From Candidatus Sericytochromatia bacterium (GTDB lineage Bacteria > Cyanobacteriota > Sericytochromatia > S15B-MN24 > JAQBPE01): DNA of 50,273 nt. Shown here in pieces: positions 9,214 through 19,423 of the stretch. The notes beneath the pieces were generated by a model that was not told where the DNA came from, did not search any database, and saw nothing but the letters and a program-made list of their open reading frames with translations. The position numbers and the translations under genes are program-made. Position 1 is the first letter of the stretch. Every line of letters begins with the position of its first letter. The stretch lies in NCBI GenBank assembly GCA_035285125.1, contig JAYKHR010000088.1:1-50273 (forward strand), read 5' to 3'.

Positions 9214-10233
9214 GTGGATCTCGTTCTCTTCGACTCACACGTCTACGACCAGCAGGCCTTCGAGGCTGCCAACCACGCCCACGGCCACCGCCTGACGTTC
9301 TTACCGGTTCGGCTCACGCGGGACACGGTGCCGCTGGCCCAGGGCGCAGCGGCCGTCTGCTGCTTCGTCAACGACGTGCTCTCGGGCCCCGTGCTGGAGG
9401 CCCTCGCGGCCGCGGGCACCCGGCTGGTCGCGCTGCGTTGCGCGGGCTTCGACAACGTGGACCTGGAGGCGGCCGAGGCCCTGGGCCTGGCGGTGGTCCG
9501 CGTGCCGGCCTACTCTCCGCACGCCGTGGCAGAACACGCCGTGGCGTTGCTGCTGACCCTCAACCGGCAAACGCACCGCGCCAACGCCCGGGTGAGGGAG
9601 GGCAACTTCTCGCTGGATGGCCTCGTGGGCTTCGACCTCCACGGCAAGACCATCGGCGTGGTCGGGACGGGGCGGATTGGCCGCTGCTTCATCGAGATCA
9701 TGCGCGGCTTCGGGTGCCGCGTGGTGGCCAACGACCCGAAGCCGGACCCTGCCCTCGCACATCTGCAGGGCGTGAGCTACGTCCCGCTCGACGTGCTGCT
9801 GGCCGAAGCCGACGTGATCAGCCTGCACGCCCCGCTCACCGACGCCACCCGGCACCTGATCGACGCGCGGGCCTTCAGCCTCATGAAGCCCGGCGCTTTC
9901 CTGCTGAACACGAGCCGAGGCTCCCTCGTCGACTCGGCAGCCCTGGTAGACGCCCTGAAGCAGGGCCACCTGGGCGGCGTGGGCCTCGACGTGTACGAAC
10001 GGGAGGCGGGCATCTTCTTCAAAGACTGGTCGGAGACGGGGGTGCAAGACGACGTGCTGGCGAGGCTGCTGACGTTCCCGCAGGTGCTGGTCACCGGTCA
10101 TCAGGCCTTTCTGACGCACACCGCACTGGGCAACATTGCAGAGACGACGCTCCACAACGTCGACGCCTTCGAGCGAGGGCAACCCCTCGAGAACCTCGTG
10201 ACGGCAGGGGCCGCGCGGCCTCCTCGGGTGTGA
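9214..10233 (+). CDS. ldhA: D-lactate dehydrogenase (D-2-hydroxyacid dehydrogenase family)
   Basis: LRCAGFDNVDL, RVPAYSPHAVAEH, GTGRIG, NTSRG, LDVYE and TGHQAFLT motifs. Confidence 0.9.
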   Translation: MDLVLFDSHVYDQQAFEAANHAHGHRLTFLPVRLTRDTVPLAQGAAAVCCFVNDVLSGPVLEALAAAGTRLVALRCAGFDNVDLEAAEALGLAVVRVPAYSPHAVAEHAVALLLTLNRQTHRANARVREGNFSLDGLVGFDLHGKTIGVVGTGRIGRCFIEIMRGFGCRVVANDPKPDPALAHLQGVSYVPLDVLLAEADVISLHAPLTDATRHLIDARAFSLMKPGAFLLNTSRGSLVDSAALVDALKQGHLGGVGLDVYEREAGIFFKDWSETGVQDDVLARLLTFPQVLVTGHQAFLTHTALGNIAETTLHNVDAFERGQPLENLVTAGAARPPRV

Positions 10234-10351
10234 CGGCCCGCCAGGCAGCACCTTGGCCCGCTGTGACGCGGCGCAACAAACGCGCTACCTTACTTGTGGT
10301 CCTGCCTGCGGCAGGGAAGGAGACCCTGGTTTGACGGAGCTCAGGTGTTCG

Positions 10352-11209
10352 ATGCCCCCACCGTCCGGCTCCGATGAGCCGGGCGAGGTGGTGCGGCTGC
10401 GTGCCGAGCACCTCGCCGAGGTGGTGGCCCTGCTGGCCACCTCGCCCGTCGAGAACGTGATGTTGCTTGACCGCTTGCGCGAGGACGGGCTGCCAGGGCG
10501 CCCGTTCCAGGAGTTCGTGGGCTGGCGCGCCGAGGGGCGCCTCCTGGGCGTGGCTTACTTCTCCGGCGACATCAGCGTCTTCGCCCCGGACCCACGGGCC
10601 GTCGCCCCCCTGGCCCGCTACGCGGCGGCCCGCCGCCCCCTCGTGCCCCGCATCATCAGCCGGGAGGAGACGGTGGACGCGTTCTGGGAGACCTTCCAGC
10701 ACGTGCGGCTGCCTCTGCAGTTCGACCGCCGGCAGCTGGTCTGCGTCGTGCGCCCGGAGACGCTGCGGGCCGAGGACGATGTCCGGATGCGCCCGGCCAC
10801 CCTCGCCCAGCTCGACGAGGTCACCCGGCTGGCGGCCGCGATGAGCGCCGAGGAGATCCAGATCGACCCGCTGGCAGAGCACCCGCTGGGCTACAAGCGC
10901 CTCGTCGAGCAGCGCATCCGGATGCAGCGTTACTGGGTGCTGACGGAGGGGGGGCGCATCCGCTTCCAGCTCCACCTCAACAGCCTCACGGAGCACGCCG
11001 GGCAGATCACGGGCGTCTACACCCCGCCGCAGGACCGCCAGCAGGGCTGGGCCCGCCGCGGCCTCGGGGCCTTCTGCCTGGCGGCCCTGGCCCGGACGCC
11101 GGCGCTGTGCCTGTTCGTGAACGACTTCAACGCCCCCGCGCTCAAGCTTTACGAGGGCCTTGGCTTCGAGCCCGTGATGCGCTACCGGGCGATCTTCCTG
11201 GAGGGCTGA
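10352..11209 (+). CDS. GNAT family N-acetyltransferase
   Basis: C-terminal GVYTPPQDRQQGWA acetyl-CoA-binding motif and NAPALKLYEGLGF; start uncertain. Confidence 0.85.
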   Translation: MPPPSGSDEPGEVVRLRAEHLAEVVALLATSPVENVMLLDRLREDGLPGRPFQEFVGWRAEGRLLGVAYFSGDISVFAPDPRAVAPLARYAAARRPLVPRIISREETVDAFWETFQHVRLPLQFDRRQLVCVVRPETLRAEDDVRMRPATLAQLDEVTRLAAAMSAEEIQIDPLAEHPLGYKRLVEQRIRMQRYWVLTEGGRIRFQLHLNSLTEHAGQITGVYTPPQDRQQGWARRGLGAFCLAALARTPALCLFVNDFNAPALKLYEGLGFEPVMRYRAIFLEG

Positions 11210-11219
11210 GGAGCCCCGC

Positions 11220-12842
11220 TCAGTAGCCGTAGGCGCGCGCCACGGCCTCGCCCCACAGGCGCTGGGTCGAGGCGCGGCCCTGGGCCGTGGGGTGGACGCG
11301 GTCGGCCTGAAGCTCCTCGGGGTGGGACTGGAACCAGCTGTACAGGTCGGGGCCTGGCCTCAGCTGGCGCGCGGCAGCGACGGCATCGATGGCCCGCACG
11401 TAGCCTGCGATCGCCCCATTTCCGCTCCAGGGGCACCGCGCCAGCATGGGCGTGCGGCCCGAGGCCAGGATGCGGCCGACCATCTCGTCCAGCTGGGCCC
11501 TGAAGGTCTCGACGGGGATGCCGCGCGTGGCGTCGTTCGTGCCATAGGCGAGCCCCACGTACGAGCGGGGCGGGCAGCCGTTCAGGCCCGCGGCCAGGCG
11601 GCTGAGGCCCTCTGTCGCCGTGTCGCCCCCCGTCCCACCCCCCGTCCACATCGGTCGCAGGCCGGGGGCCAGCCGCGCCACCACGTCGGGGAACGCGTTG
11701 GGGGCGGCCGGGTCGAACGCCTGGGCCGTGATGCTGTCGCCGAGGATCAGCCACGCGTTGGCGCGCGCCCCGGTGACGGTCTGCTGGACGTCGACGCCGC
11801 GCAGGTCAGGGCCGTAGCCCCAGACGCTGTCGACCCGCAGCCGCAGCCAGCGGGCCCCGGGCGCCACCACCGTGTCGTTCCGCGACCGCACGGGGGTGTC
11901 GCTGGCGGCGAAGGCCGTCGTCCAGGTGCCGTCCCGCCCCGTGGTGGAGTCGCCGGAGGCCTCCCAGGCATAGCCGCGCGGCGCCGCGTTCACGTTGACG
12001 TAGGTGTAGCCCACCGAGTCCCAGGCACAGAGCAGCGGCCCGCTGGCGCCACGCGTCAGCGGCACCGCGAACCACTGGGGGGGCGCCGCGCCAGGCTGCC
12101 ACCGGGTGAGCGGCAACCCATCGAACGCCGCGAGGGCGTCCCCCCGGCTGGCAACGGCGCGGCCGCCAAGCGCCACGGGCGTGTTGGGCGCGGGGGCGAG
12201 GCCTGCCTGCTCCGGGGTGGGCGAGGGCAGCGGCGTCGCGGACGGCGGCGGCGTGGCCGTTGGCGTGGCCGACGGCGGCGGGGTGGAGGTGGGGGCCGAG
12301 GACGGCGACGCAGAGGGCGTCAGCACGCGCCCGAGGGCCTGCACCTCGAACACCGAGAACCGGCTCAGCGGCGCCGAGGGGCTGTTGAAGAGGCGGAGCC
12401 TCAGGTAGCGGCCGGTGCCGGCCAGCGCCTTCGCCTCCACCGTCCACGTGGTGTTTGTGAGGGTTCCCGAGGCCGCCGCCCACGTGACCTGGTCCTCGGA
12501 GGTCTCCACGACGTAGCCCGCCCCCGCGGGGAGCACACCGGTCTTGACCCGCAGCTGCTCGTAGGCACACGGCTGGCCGTGGTCGAGCACCAGGCTCGCG
12601 GTGGCGGCCCGGTAGCCGTCGTTGCTCCACTGGGTGGCCACGTCCCCGTCGATCGCCCGGCCAGGGACCAGGCCCCCGTAGGTGGAGCTCGCCGTGACGG
12701 CGCGCGGCGTGAGCGGGCCGACAGCCAGCAGGCCATAGCGGGGTCCCGGGGCCCCGCGGGGCGTCGTCCCGGGCCCCGGCGGCACCCCGCAGGCCGAAAG
12801 CCCGGCGAGCACCAGAAACGTGGGCAGCAGCCGATGGCGCAT
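11220..12842 (-). CDS. Lipoprotein with discoidin (F5/8 type C)-like domains and an SGNH/GDSL hydrolase domain
   Basis: Lipobox LSAC; ASS..AIDGD..TQW and AFDG..TRW discoidin-like motifs; LGDSIT, YGTND and DRVHP SGNH blocks. Confidence 0.85.
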   Translation of the reverse strand: MRHRLLPTFLVLAGLSACGVPPGPGTTPRGAPGPRYGLLAVGPLTPRAVTASSTYGGLVPGRAIDGDVATQWSNDGYRAATASLVLDHGQPCAYEQLRVKTGVLPAGAGYVVETSEDQVTWAAASGTLTNTTWTVEAKALAGTGRYLRLRLFNSPSAPLSRFSVFEVQALGRVLTPSASPSSAPTSTPPPSATPTATPPPSATPLPSPTPEQAGLAPAPNTPVALGGRAVASRGDALAAFDGLPLTRWQPGAAPPQWFAVPLTRGASGPLLCAWDSVGYTYVNVNAAPRGYAWEASGDSTTGRDGTWTTAFAASDTPVRSRNDTVVAPGARWLRLRVDSVWGYGPDLRGVDVQQTVTGARANAWLILGDSITAQAFDPAAPNAFPDVVARLAPGLRPMWTGGGTGGDTATEGLSRLAAGLNGCPPRSYVGLAYGTNDATRGIPVETFRAQLDEMVGRILASGRTPMLARCPWSGNGAIAGYVRAIDAVAAARQLRPGPDLYSWFQSHPEELQADRVHPTAQGRASTQRLWGEAVARAYGY

Positions 12843-12997
12843 TGGGAACCCCCTCCAAGCCGACGCGCGTCAGCGTAAGCCAGGGCCGCCGGGGGGCGCC
12901 TGGTCACGGTGGCCAGCCTTGCCCGGCGTTCGCCTCTCCCGTTACCTTCGGACGCAGGCCGGGAACGTAGCTGGTGGCACCCCTGTGGAGGTCCTCG

Positions 12998-13747
12998 ATG
13001 CGCCGCTGCTTGCAACCGTTCCTCGCCGGCCTGGCCATCGTCAGCACGGGCGCCAGCCTGGGCTGCACGGACGCCCAGTTTGCCTCCGTCAACGCGCAGC
13101 TGGGGCAGCTCCGAGACGCCAGCGCCAAGATGCCGGAGCCCCAGGTCGTGACGGCGGTGGCCGCGGCGGCCCTTGGCGGGATGGAGGTCGCCAAGGCCAT
13201 GCTCGCGGGGATCGCCGCGGCCAGCCCGGCCGCGCCGCGGCCGCTGCGCCTGCTGGCCTTCGAGCCAGGGAGGAACAAGACCGAACGAATCGACGCGAAC
13301 GGGGTCACGGGGTCCGTCCGCTACAATAGCGAGGCCCTCGAGTTCGGCGCGATCCACACGGACGTCGATGAAATCATCGTGACGACGAGCGGCTACAACC
13401 TCTTTTGCGAAGGCGTCTTCGACTACACGCCCGGCCAGCGAGGCGTCGCCAAGAGCACGTTCACGGCCAGCTTGTCGGGGGTGTTGAAGCACGGGCAGTA
13501 CCTGTTTCTGATCCCCGACCTCTCCCTCGCGGCGGCAGATCCGCTCCCCAAGGACGCCGAGAAGATTGGCAAAATCGTGCTCTACCGGCCATACGTGGAG
13601 GGCGGCACGTTTCAGGACCTGCTCGTCGAAGGCCGGATCGGCACCAAGGCGGGCAAGCTGGACGGGGAGCTCGCCTTGTACGCCTCCGACGGCAACAAGG
13701 CCAAGGGCCTGCCGCTGGGCCCACCCGTCCCGCTGACGGGGTTCTAG
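12998..13747 (+). CDS. Hypothetical lipoprotein
   Basis: GGAGG RBS before ATG 12998; lipobox SLGC; protein-like composition; no recognised family. Confidence 0.7.
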   Translation: MRRCLQPFLAGLAIVSTGASLGCTDAQFASVNAQLGQLRDASAKMPEPQVVTAVAAAALGGMEVAKAMLAGIAAASPAAPRPLRLLAFEPGRNKTERIDANGVTGSVRYNSEALEFGAIHTDVDEIIVTTSGYNLFCEGVFDYTPGQRGVAKSTFTASLSGVLKHGQYLFLIPDLSLAAADPLPKDAEKIGKIVLYRPYVEGGTFQDLLVEGRIGTKAGKLDGELALYASDGNKAKGLPLGPPVPLTGF

Positions 13748-13789
13748 CGCCGGGCCCCCCCGACGCCCGGAAGGGAGCAGCCTCGCCCG

Positions 13790-14275
13790 ATGGGCCTGTA
13801 CCTCGACATCGAGACCACCTACCAGGGCGAGCTCACCGTGATTGGCCTGCACCACAGCGGGCTCGGCACGATGCAGCTCGTCGCGCCGGCCATCTCGGCC
13901 CAGGCGCTCGAGGCGCTGCTGCCGCCGGCCATCTGCATCTACACCTACAACGGCGACCGCTTCGACCTGCCGATCATCAAGCAGCAGCTCGGCGTGGACC
14001 TGAAGCTGCGCTACCGCTCCGTGGACCTCATGAACGCCTGTCACCGGGCCCGGTTGTTCGGGGGGCTGAAGGCTGTCGAGCAGAAGCTCGGCATCGGGCG
14101 CCAGCACGAGGGCCTGAGCGGCAAGGACGCCGTGGCGCTGTGGTACGTCTGGCAGCGCGACGGCAACCGGGAGGCGCTCGACCAGCTGCTGGCCTACAAC
14201 CGCGAGGACGTCGAGAACCTGGTAACCTTGCGGGAGCGCCTGGAGCAGCGGCTCGGGCGGGGAGACCGCCTGTGA
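13790..14275 (+). CDS. YprB-like RNase H-fold (DEDD) exonuclease domain protein
   Basis: LYLDIET, YNGDRFDLP, GLKAVEQKLG and YNREDV motifs. Confidence 0.85.
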   Translation: MGLYLDIETTYQGELTVIGLHHSGLGTMQLVAPAISAQALEALLPPAICIYTYNGDRFDLPIIKQQLGVDLKLRYRSVDLMNACHRARLFGGLKAVEQKLGIGRQHEGLSGKDAVALWYVWQRDGNREALDQLLAYNREDVENLVTLRERLEQRLGRGDRL

Positions 14276-14357
14276 CCGGCAAGCCGGCCCGGCCCCGACC
14301 ACCCGCAAGCCCGCCTCGCCGCAGCGCCGCCCCCGTCCGTCCGTTCCCGTGACCGCC

Positions 14358-14600
14358 ATGACCGAGCCCGTACCATCCCTCGAAGCCCCCGCGAAGCCCC
14401 CGCGCCGGATGCCGCGCGAGGCCATCCGGGCGATCGCCTGGTCGGGCCACTTCTGCGGCGTGATGACGTGCTTCATGGTGTACTTCACGGTCCGCCACCA
14501 GTTTTGGGTCGGCTGGGCCGTCCTGAATGGCGCCGTCGCAGCCTTCATGTTCGGGGGCTCGGCCTGGCTACAGTGGCAACTGCGCCAGCCCCTGCGCTGA
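14358..14600 (+). CDS. Small two-TM membrane protein
   Basis: Two hydrophobic segments (WSGHFCGVMTCFMVYF; FWVGWAVLNGAVAAFMFGG); GTG 14349 is an alternative start. Confidence 0.55.
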   Translation: MTEPVPSLEAPAKPPRRMPREAIRAIAWSGHFCGVMTCFMVYFTVRHQFWVGWAVLNGAVAAFMFGGSAWLQWQLRQPLR

Positions 14601-14659
14601 GCGTCCTCACGTTCGTGGGCCGTTCCTCGCCTTGGGGGGCCGGCCCCGTGGCGGTGGCG

Positions 14660-14668
14660 TGGTAGAAT
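14660..14668 (+). promoter_or_regulatory. Extended -10 promoter (TGGTAGAAT) for tRNA-Sec
   Basis: TGn-TAGAAT 11 nt upstream of the tRNA 5' end. Confidence 0.55.
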
Positions 14669-14679
14669 CCAGGAATCTG

Positions 14680-14773
14680 GGAGGCGAAGGGGTCCTGGTG
14701 GGCCCACTGGTCTTCAAAACCAGGTTGGGTGCGCTCTGCGTGCCTGGGTGGGTTCGATTCCCACACGCCTCCG
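14680..14773 (+). tRNA. selC: tRNA-Sec (anticodon UCA)
   Basis: Acceptor GGAGGCG/CGCCTCC with discriminator G; 6-bp D-stem GGGTCC/GGGCCC with 4-nt loop TGGT; anticodon loop CTTCAAA; long variable arm; T-arm GTGGG-TTCGATT-CCCAC. CCA is not encoded. Confidence 0.95.
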
Positions 14774-14778
14774 CCTAC

Positions 14779-14818
14779 GGGCAGCGTCGGGCGGGCACCG
14801 TGCCCGCCCGAGCTGCCC
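14779..14818 (+). terminator. Strong GC hairpin directly after selC (terminator or processing stem)
   Basis: GGGCAGC-G-TCGGGCGGGCAC / GTGCCCGCCCGA-GCTGCCC; no U-tract. Confidence 0.5.
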
Positions 14819-14836
14819 CCCCCTCACGAGGACCCG

Positions 14837-16495
<1,659 letters not shown>

Positions 16496-16501
16496 ACGCG
16501 G

Positions 16502-17758
16502 GTGCAAGCAGAAAGCCAGGGCGCTGGCACCAGCGCCCGCGCCCTCACCTTCATCTTCGTCGCGGCCCTGCTCGACATCATCGGGATTGGCATCGTCGTC
16601 CCGGTGATGCCGCAACTGGTGGCCCAGCTGGGGGCCGCCGGCGACCTGTCGGCCGCCGCCTGGTGGGTGGGCCTCTCGATGGCCCTCTACACCTGCGTGC
16701 AGTTTCTCTGCGCCCCCCTGCTCGGCGCCCTGTCCGACCAGTGGGGCCGCAAGCCCATCTTGCTGGCGACCTCGGCCGTGGCAGCCCTGGGCTACCTCGG
16801 CACGGCGTGGGCGCCGTCGCTCGGCTGGTACCTGGCCTCGCGGGCGCTGGGCGGCTTCGGGGGCGCGAGCCTCTCGGTGGCCACGGCCTACATCGCCGAC
16901 GTCACGCCCCCGGAGAAGCGCGCCCAAGGCTTCGGGATGATCGGGGCTGCGTTCGGCCTTGGCTTCATCTTGGGGCCGGCGGTCGGCGGGCTGCTGGGCG
17001 CGAGCGACATGCGGCTGCCTTTCCTGGCCGCTGCCGCGGTGTGTGCGGCGAACTTCCTCTTCGGCCTCTTCGTGCTGCCAGAGTCGCACCGGGCCGAGCA
17101 CCGACGCCCCTTCACCTGGGGCGCGGCCGACCCGCTGCGCTGGGTAGCGACGCTGCGGCAGCACCCCGTGGTAGCGGGCCTCGCGATCGCGATGATCTGG
17201 CAGGGGCTGGGCCACCAGTGCCTCCAGAGCAACTGGGCCCTCTACACGGCGCACCGGTACCAGTGGACGCCGAGAGATGTGGGCGTGTCGCTCGCCTGCG
17301 TCGGGCTCGGCGCGGCGGTCGTGCAAGGCGGGCTCATCCGGGTGCTGCTGCCCCGCCTGGGCGAGCGACGGGCCATCATCGGGGGGCTGAGCCTCAGCCT
17401 CGTGGCGATGATCCTCTACGGCCTCGCGCCGCAGGGCTGGATGATTTACCCGGTGCTGGTGGTGGCCAGCCTGGCGGGCATCGCCGGGCCCGCGATGCAG
17501 GCGCAGGTCTCTGCGCGCATCGCTCCCCACCAGCAAGGCGCTGTCCAGGGCTCACTCGCGAGCCTCATGAGCCTGACGGGCGTGGTCGGGCCAATCGTTG
17601 CCAACGCGGTGTTCGGCTTCGCGACGGGGCCGAGCACGCCCGTTCGTGTCGACGGGGCGGCCCTCTTCCTGGGCGCCGCGCTCATGGCCGTGGGCCTGGC
17701 GCAGACGCTACGCGTCTTCCGCCGCGAGCCAGCCCCCGCCGAGCCTCAGGCTGCCTGA
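16502..17758 (+). CDS. TCR/Tet family (DHA1) MFS transporter
   Basis: About 12 TM segments; GALSDQWGRKP motif A; AYIADVT and FGLGFILGPAVGG antiporter motif. Confidence 0.9.
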   Translation: MQAESQGAGTSARALTFIFVAALLDIIGIGIVVPVMPQLVAQLGAAGDLSAAAWWVGLSMALYTCVQFLCAPLLGALSDQWGRKPILLATSAVAALGYLGTAWAPSLGWYLASRALGGFGGASLSVATAYIADVTPPEKRAQGFGMIGAAFGLGFILGPAVGGLLGASDMRLPFLAAAAVCAANFLFGLFVLPESHRAEHRRPFTWGAADPLRWVATLRQHPVVAGLAIAMIWQGLGHQCLQSNWALYTAHRYQWTPRDVGVSLACVGLGAAVVQGGLIRVLLPRLGERRAIIGGLSLSLVAMILYGLAPQGWMIYPVLVVASLAGIAGPAMQAQVSARIAPHQQGAVQGSLASLMSLTGVVGPIVANAVFGFATGPSTPVRVDGAALFLGAALMAVGLAQTLRVFRREPAPAEPQAA

Positions 17759-18007
17759 CCCGGTTCGCGCCTGACGCCCCCCGCGGCCACGCTCCCGGGC
17801 CCGGGGCCTGCGAGGGGGTGGCCCGGCCGCGAGCCGGCGCTGGGCCGTCGAGTCGCTTCGCGCCGGCGGCATCCCGGCTGCTGCCCCGTGGCGCCGCCTG
17901 CCCCCAGGGCGATGCGCACCACAAGCAACCCTCAAAAGCCTCTCCAAGACCAGATCTCCAGCCAAGCTGACATTCACGAATCTTAGGGCAAATGCAAAGA
18001 AATATGA

Positions 18008-18037
18008 TGGACATAACAACTTCATAGTTACTACAAT
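18008..18037 (+). promoter_or_regulatory. Sigma70-like promoter (TGGACA-N18-TACAAT) in an AT-rich island
   Basis: Near-consensus -35/-10 with an A-rich upstream tract, 38 nt before the 18076 ORF. Confidence 0.55.
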
Positions 18038-18075
18038 TCCCTCATCGATGCCGGGGTGACGAGAGGCAGCGCACG

Positions 18076-18468
18076 ATGTTTTCAGTCGATTTCCAGGTCA
18101 ATGTCCACACCGCCAAGGGAGTCCGCAGCTACACGCTGCTGGAGAACCAGGGCGACCGCGCCCTGGTGGTGGTGGCCCCCGACGCCTTGGAGCCCCTGAT
18201 GAGCTGCCTCCGGCGAGGCGGGCTGCAGGACGACGGCCTCGTGTCGTTGCTCGCAGCCGAGGCCCGGGTGCTCGACCGGCGCCGGGGCTTCGAGGTGGGC
18301 GATGCCGAGGCGTTGCGGGCCCTCGCCGCCTCCCGACACGCCCCACTGCGCCGCGCGGCGCTGCACCGGCAGCCCCTCTCCACCACCTGCGACGACCTCT
18401 CGGGCGACGACCTCGCCTGGGCCTTCGGCCTCGAGGCCGCCCGCCGTCGCCTCGGCCTCGCCGGCTGA
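18076..18468 (+). CDS. Hypothetical protein
   Basis: GAGAGG RBS, upstream promoter and downstream hairpins; no recognised family. Confidence 0.6.
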   Translation: MFSVDFQVNVHTAKGVRSYTLLENQGDRALVVVAPDALEPLMSCLRRGGLQDDGLVSLLAAEARVLDRRRGFEVGDAEALRALAASRHAPLRRAALHRQPLSTTCDDLSGDDLAWAFGLEAARRRLGLAG

Positions 18469-18526
18469 GTCACGCCCGTCGGTGACGGGCCCAAAGCTTC
18501 CACTCCCATTCCCAACCCTCCTCCAG

Positions 18527-18562
18527 CGCGCCGGGCGGATCCATTTGGATCCGCCCGGCGCG
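18527..18562. repeat. Perfect 17-bp inverted repeat (terminator or operator)
   Basis: CGCGCCGGGCGGATCCA-TT-TGGATCCGCCCGGCGCG followed by TTT and a TGCTAGAAT extended -10. Confidence 0.7.
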
Positions 18563-18583
18563 TTTGCTAGAATCAGGCCACCC

Positions 18584-19363
18584 ATGACTGGAAGACGTCC
18601 CAAGCTGCTGCACGGCAGGCTGCACCGCACCCGCCCTTACGAGATCCCCGGCCTGCCCGGCCGTCACCCCGCGACCATTTACCTGCCGCCGGGCTATGAC
18701 CACGGCACGGCGCGCTACCCCGTCGCGTACGTGTTCGACGGGCAGAACGTGTTCGGCGACGAGGGCTCCTTCGCTGGCGGCTGGCACCTGCACCACGCCC
18801 TCGATTACCGCGCCACAGCGGGGCGCACGGTGCCCATCGTCGTGGCCGTGCACCACGGCGAGGCGCGGGCGCAGGAGCTGACGCCCTGGCCCGTCGAGGA
18901 CCACCACGAGGCCCTCGGCGACCAGCTGCTGGACTGGGTGGTGGGACGCCTCGCCGAGATGGTGGCGGAGGATCTTCGCATCCTGAAGGGCCCCGAGCAC
19001 ACGCTCATCGGCGGCTCCTCGCTCGGCGGCCTGCTCGCGCTGTATGGCTTCTTCCGGCACCCGGACGTGTTCGGGCGGGCGCTCGTGATGTCGCCCTCGC
19101 TCTGGGTCGCGGAGGGCAAGATCTTCGAGTTCGTGGCGCAGGCGCGTTACGCCGGGGACCCTCGCATCTACCTCGACTGCGGGGCCCGCGAGGCCGAGGG
19201 CATCGTCATCAAGCATGCCGAGTGGATGAGCGACATGCTGACGCGCAAGGGGTTTGCGCCGGGCTTCCACCACCTGTGGCGTCCCGACACGCACGGCGCC
19301 CACAACGAGCGCCACTGGGCCCGGCGCCTGCCGCGCGCCCTGCGCTACCTGTACGACCTCTGA
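18584..19363 (+). CDS. Alpha/beta hydrolase, putative esterase family
   Basis: IYLPPGY, YPVAYVFDGQN, GSSLGG nucleophile elbow, IYLDCG and HNE..W motifs. Confidence 0.9.
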   Translation: MTGRRPKLLHGRLHRTRPYEIPGLPGRHPATIYLPPGYDHGTARYPVAYVFDGQNVFGDEGSFAGGWHLHHALDYRATAGRTVPIVVAVHHGEARAQELTPWPVEDHHEALGDQLLDWVVGRLAEMVAEDLRILKGPEHTLIGGSSLGGLLALYGFFRHPDVFGRALVMSPSLWVAEGKIFEFVAQARYAGDPRIYLDCGAREAEGIVIKHAEWMSDMLTRKGFAPGFHHLWRPDTHGAHNERHWARRLPRALRYLYDL

Positions 19364-19375
19364 AGCACTGCAAAG

Positions 19376-19404
19376 CCCGGCCCCGCAGTGTCGCGGGACC
19401 GGGC
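19376..19404. terminator. Hairpin between convergent genes
   Basis: CCCGGCCCCGC...GCGGGACCGGG stem between the stops at 19363 and 19424. Confidence 0.4.
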
Positions 19405-19423
19405 TCGAGCCGAGCGGCAGGGC

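Noticed and set aside
12230..12320. Short tandem-like repeats (PPPSATP) in the SGNH gene
   Set aside because: Ordinary Pro/Ser/Thr linker coding, not a CRISPR array or mobile repeat.
13790..14275. DEDD exonuclease near a tRNA as a possible defence or prophage marker
   Set aside because: No integrase, att duplication, helicase partner or compositional shift nearby.
14729..14836. ORF-track N-terminal extension of ettA
   Set aside because: It overlaps tRNA-Sec and its hairpin; ATG 14837 has an RBS and matches the family start.
17984..18020. GGGCAAA...GAAA...GGAC resembling a c-di-GMP-I riboswitch
   Set aside because: The stem around GAAA does not pair, the GCAAAG segment is missing, and the region overlaps a predicted -35 element.
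18466..18490. TGA followed by a GCCCGTC-GGT-GACGGGC hairpin (SECIS-like)
   Set aside because: The loop is too close to the UGA and the read-through peptide is short and not protein-like; a terminator-type stem is more likely.
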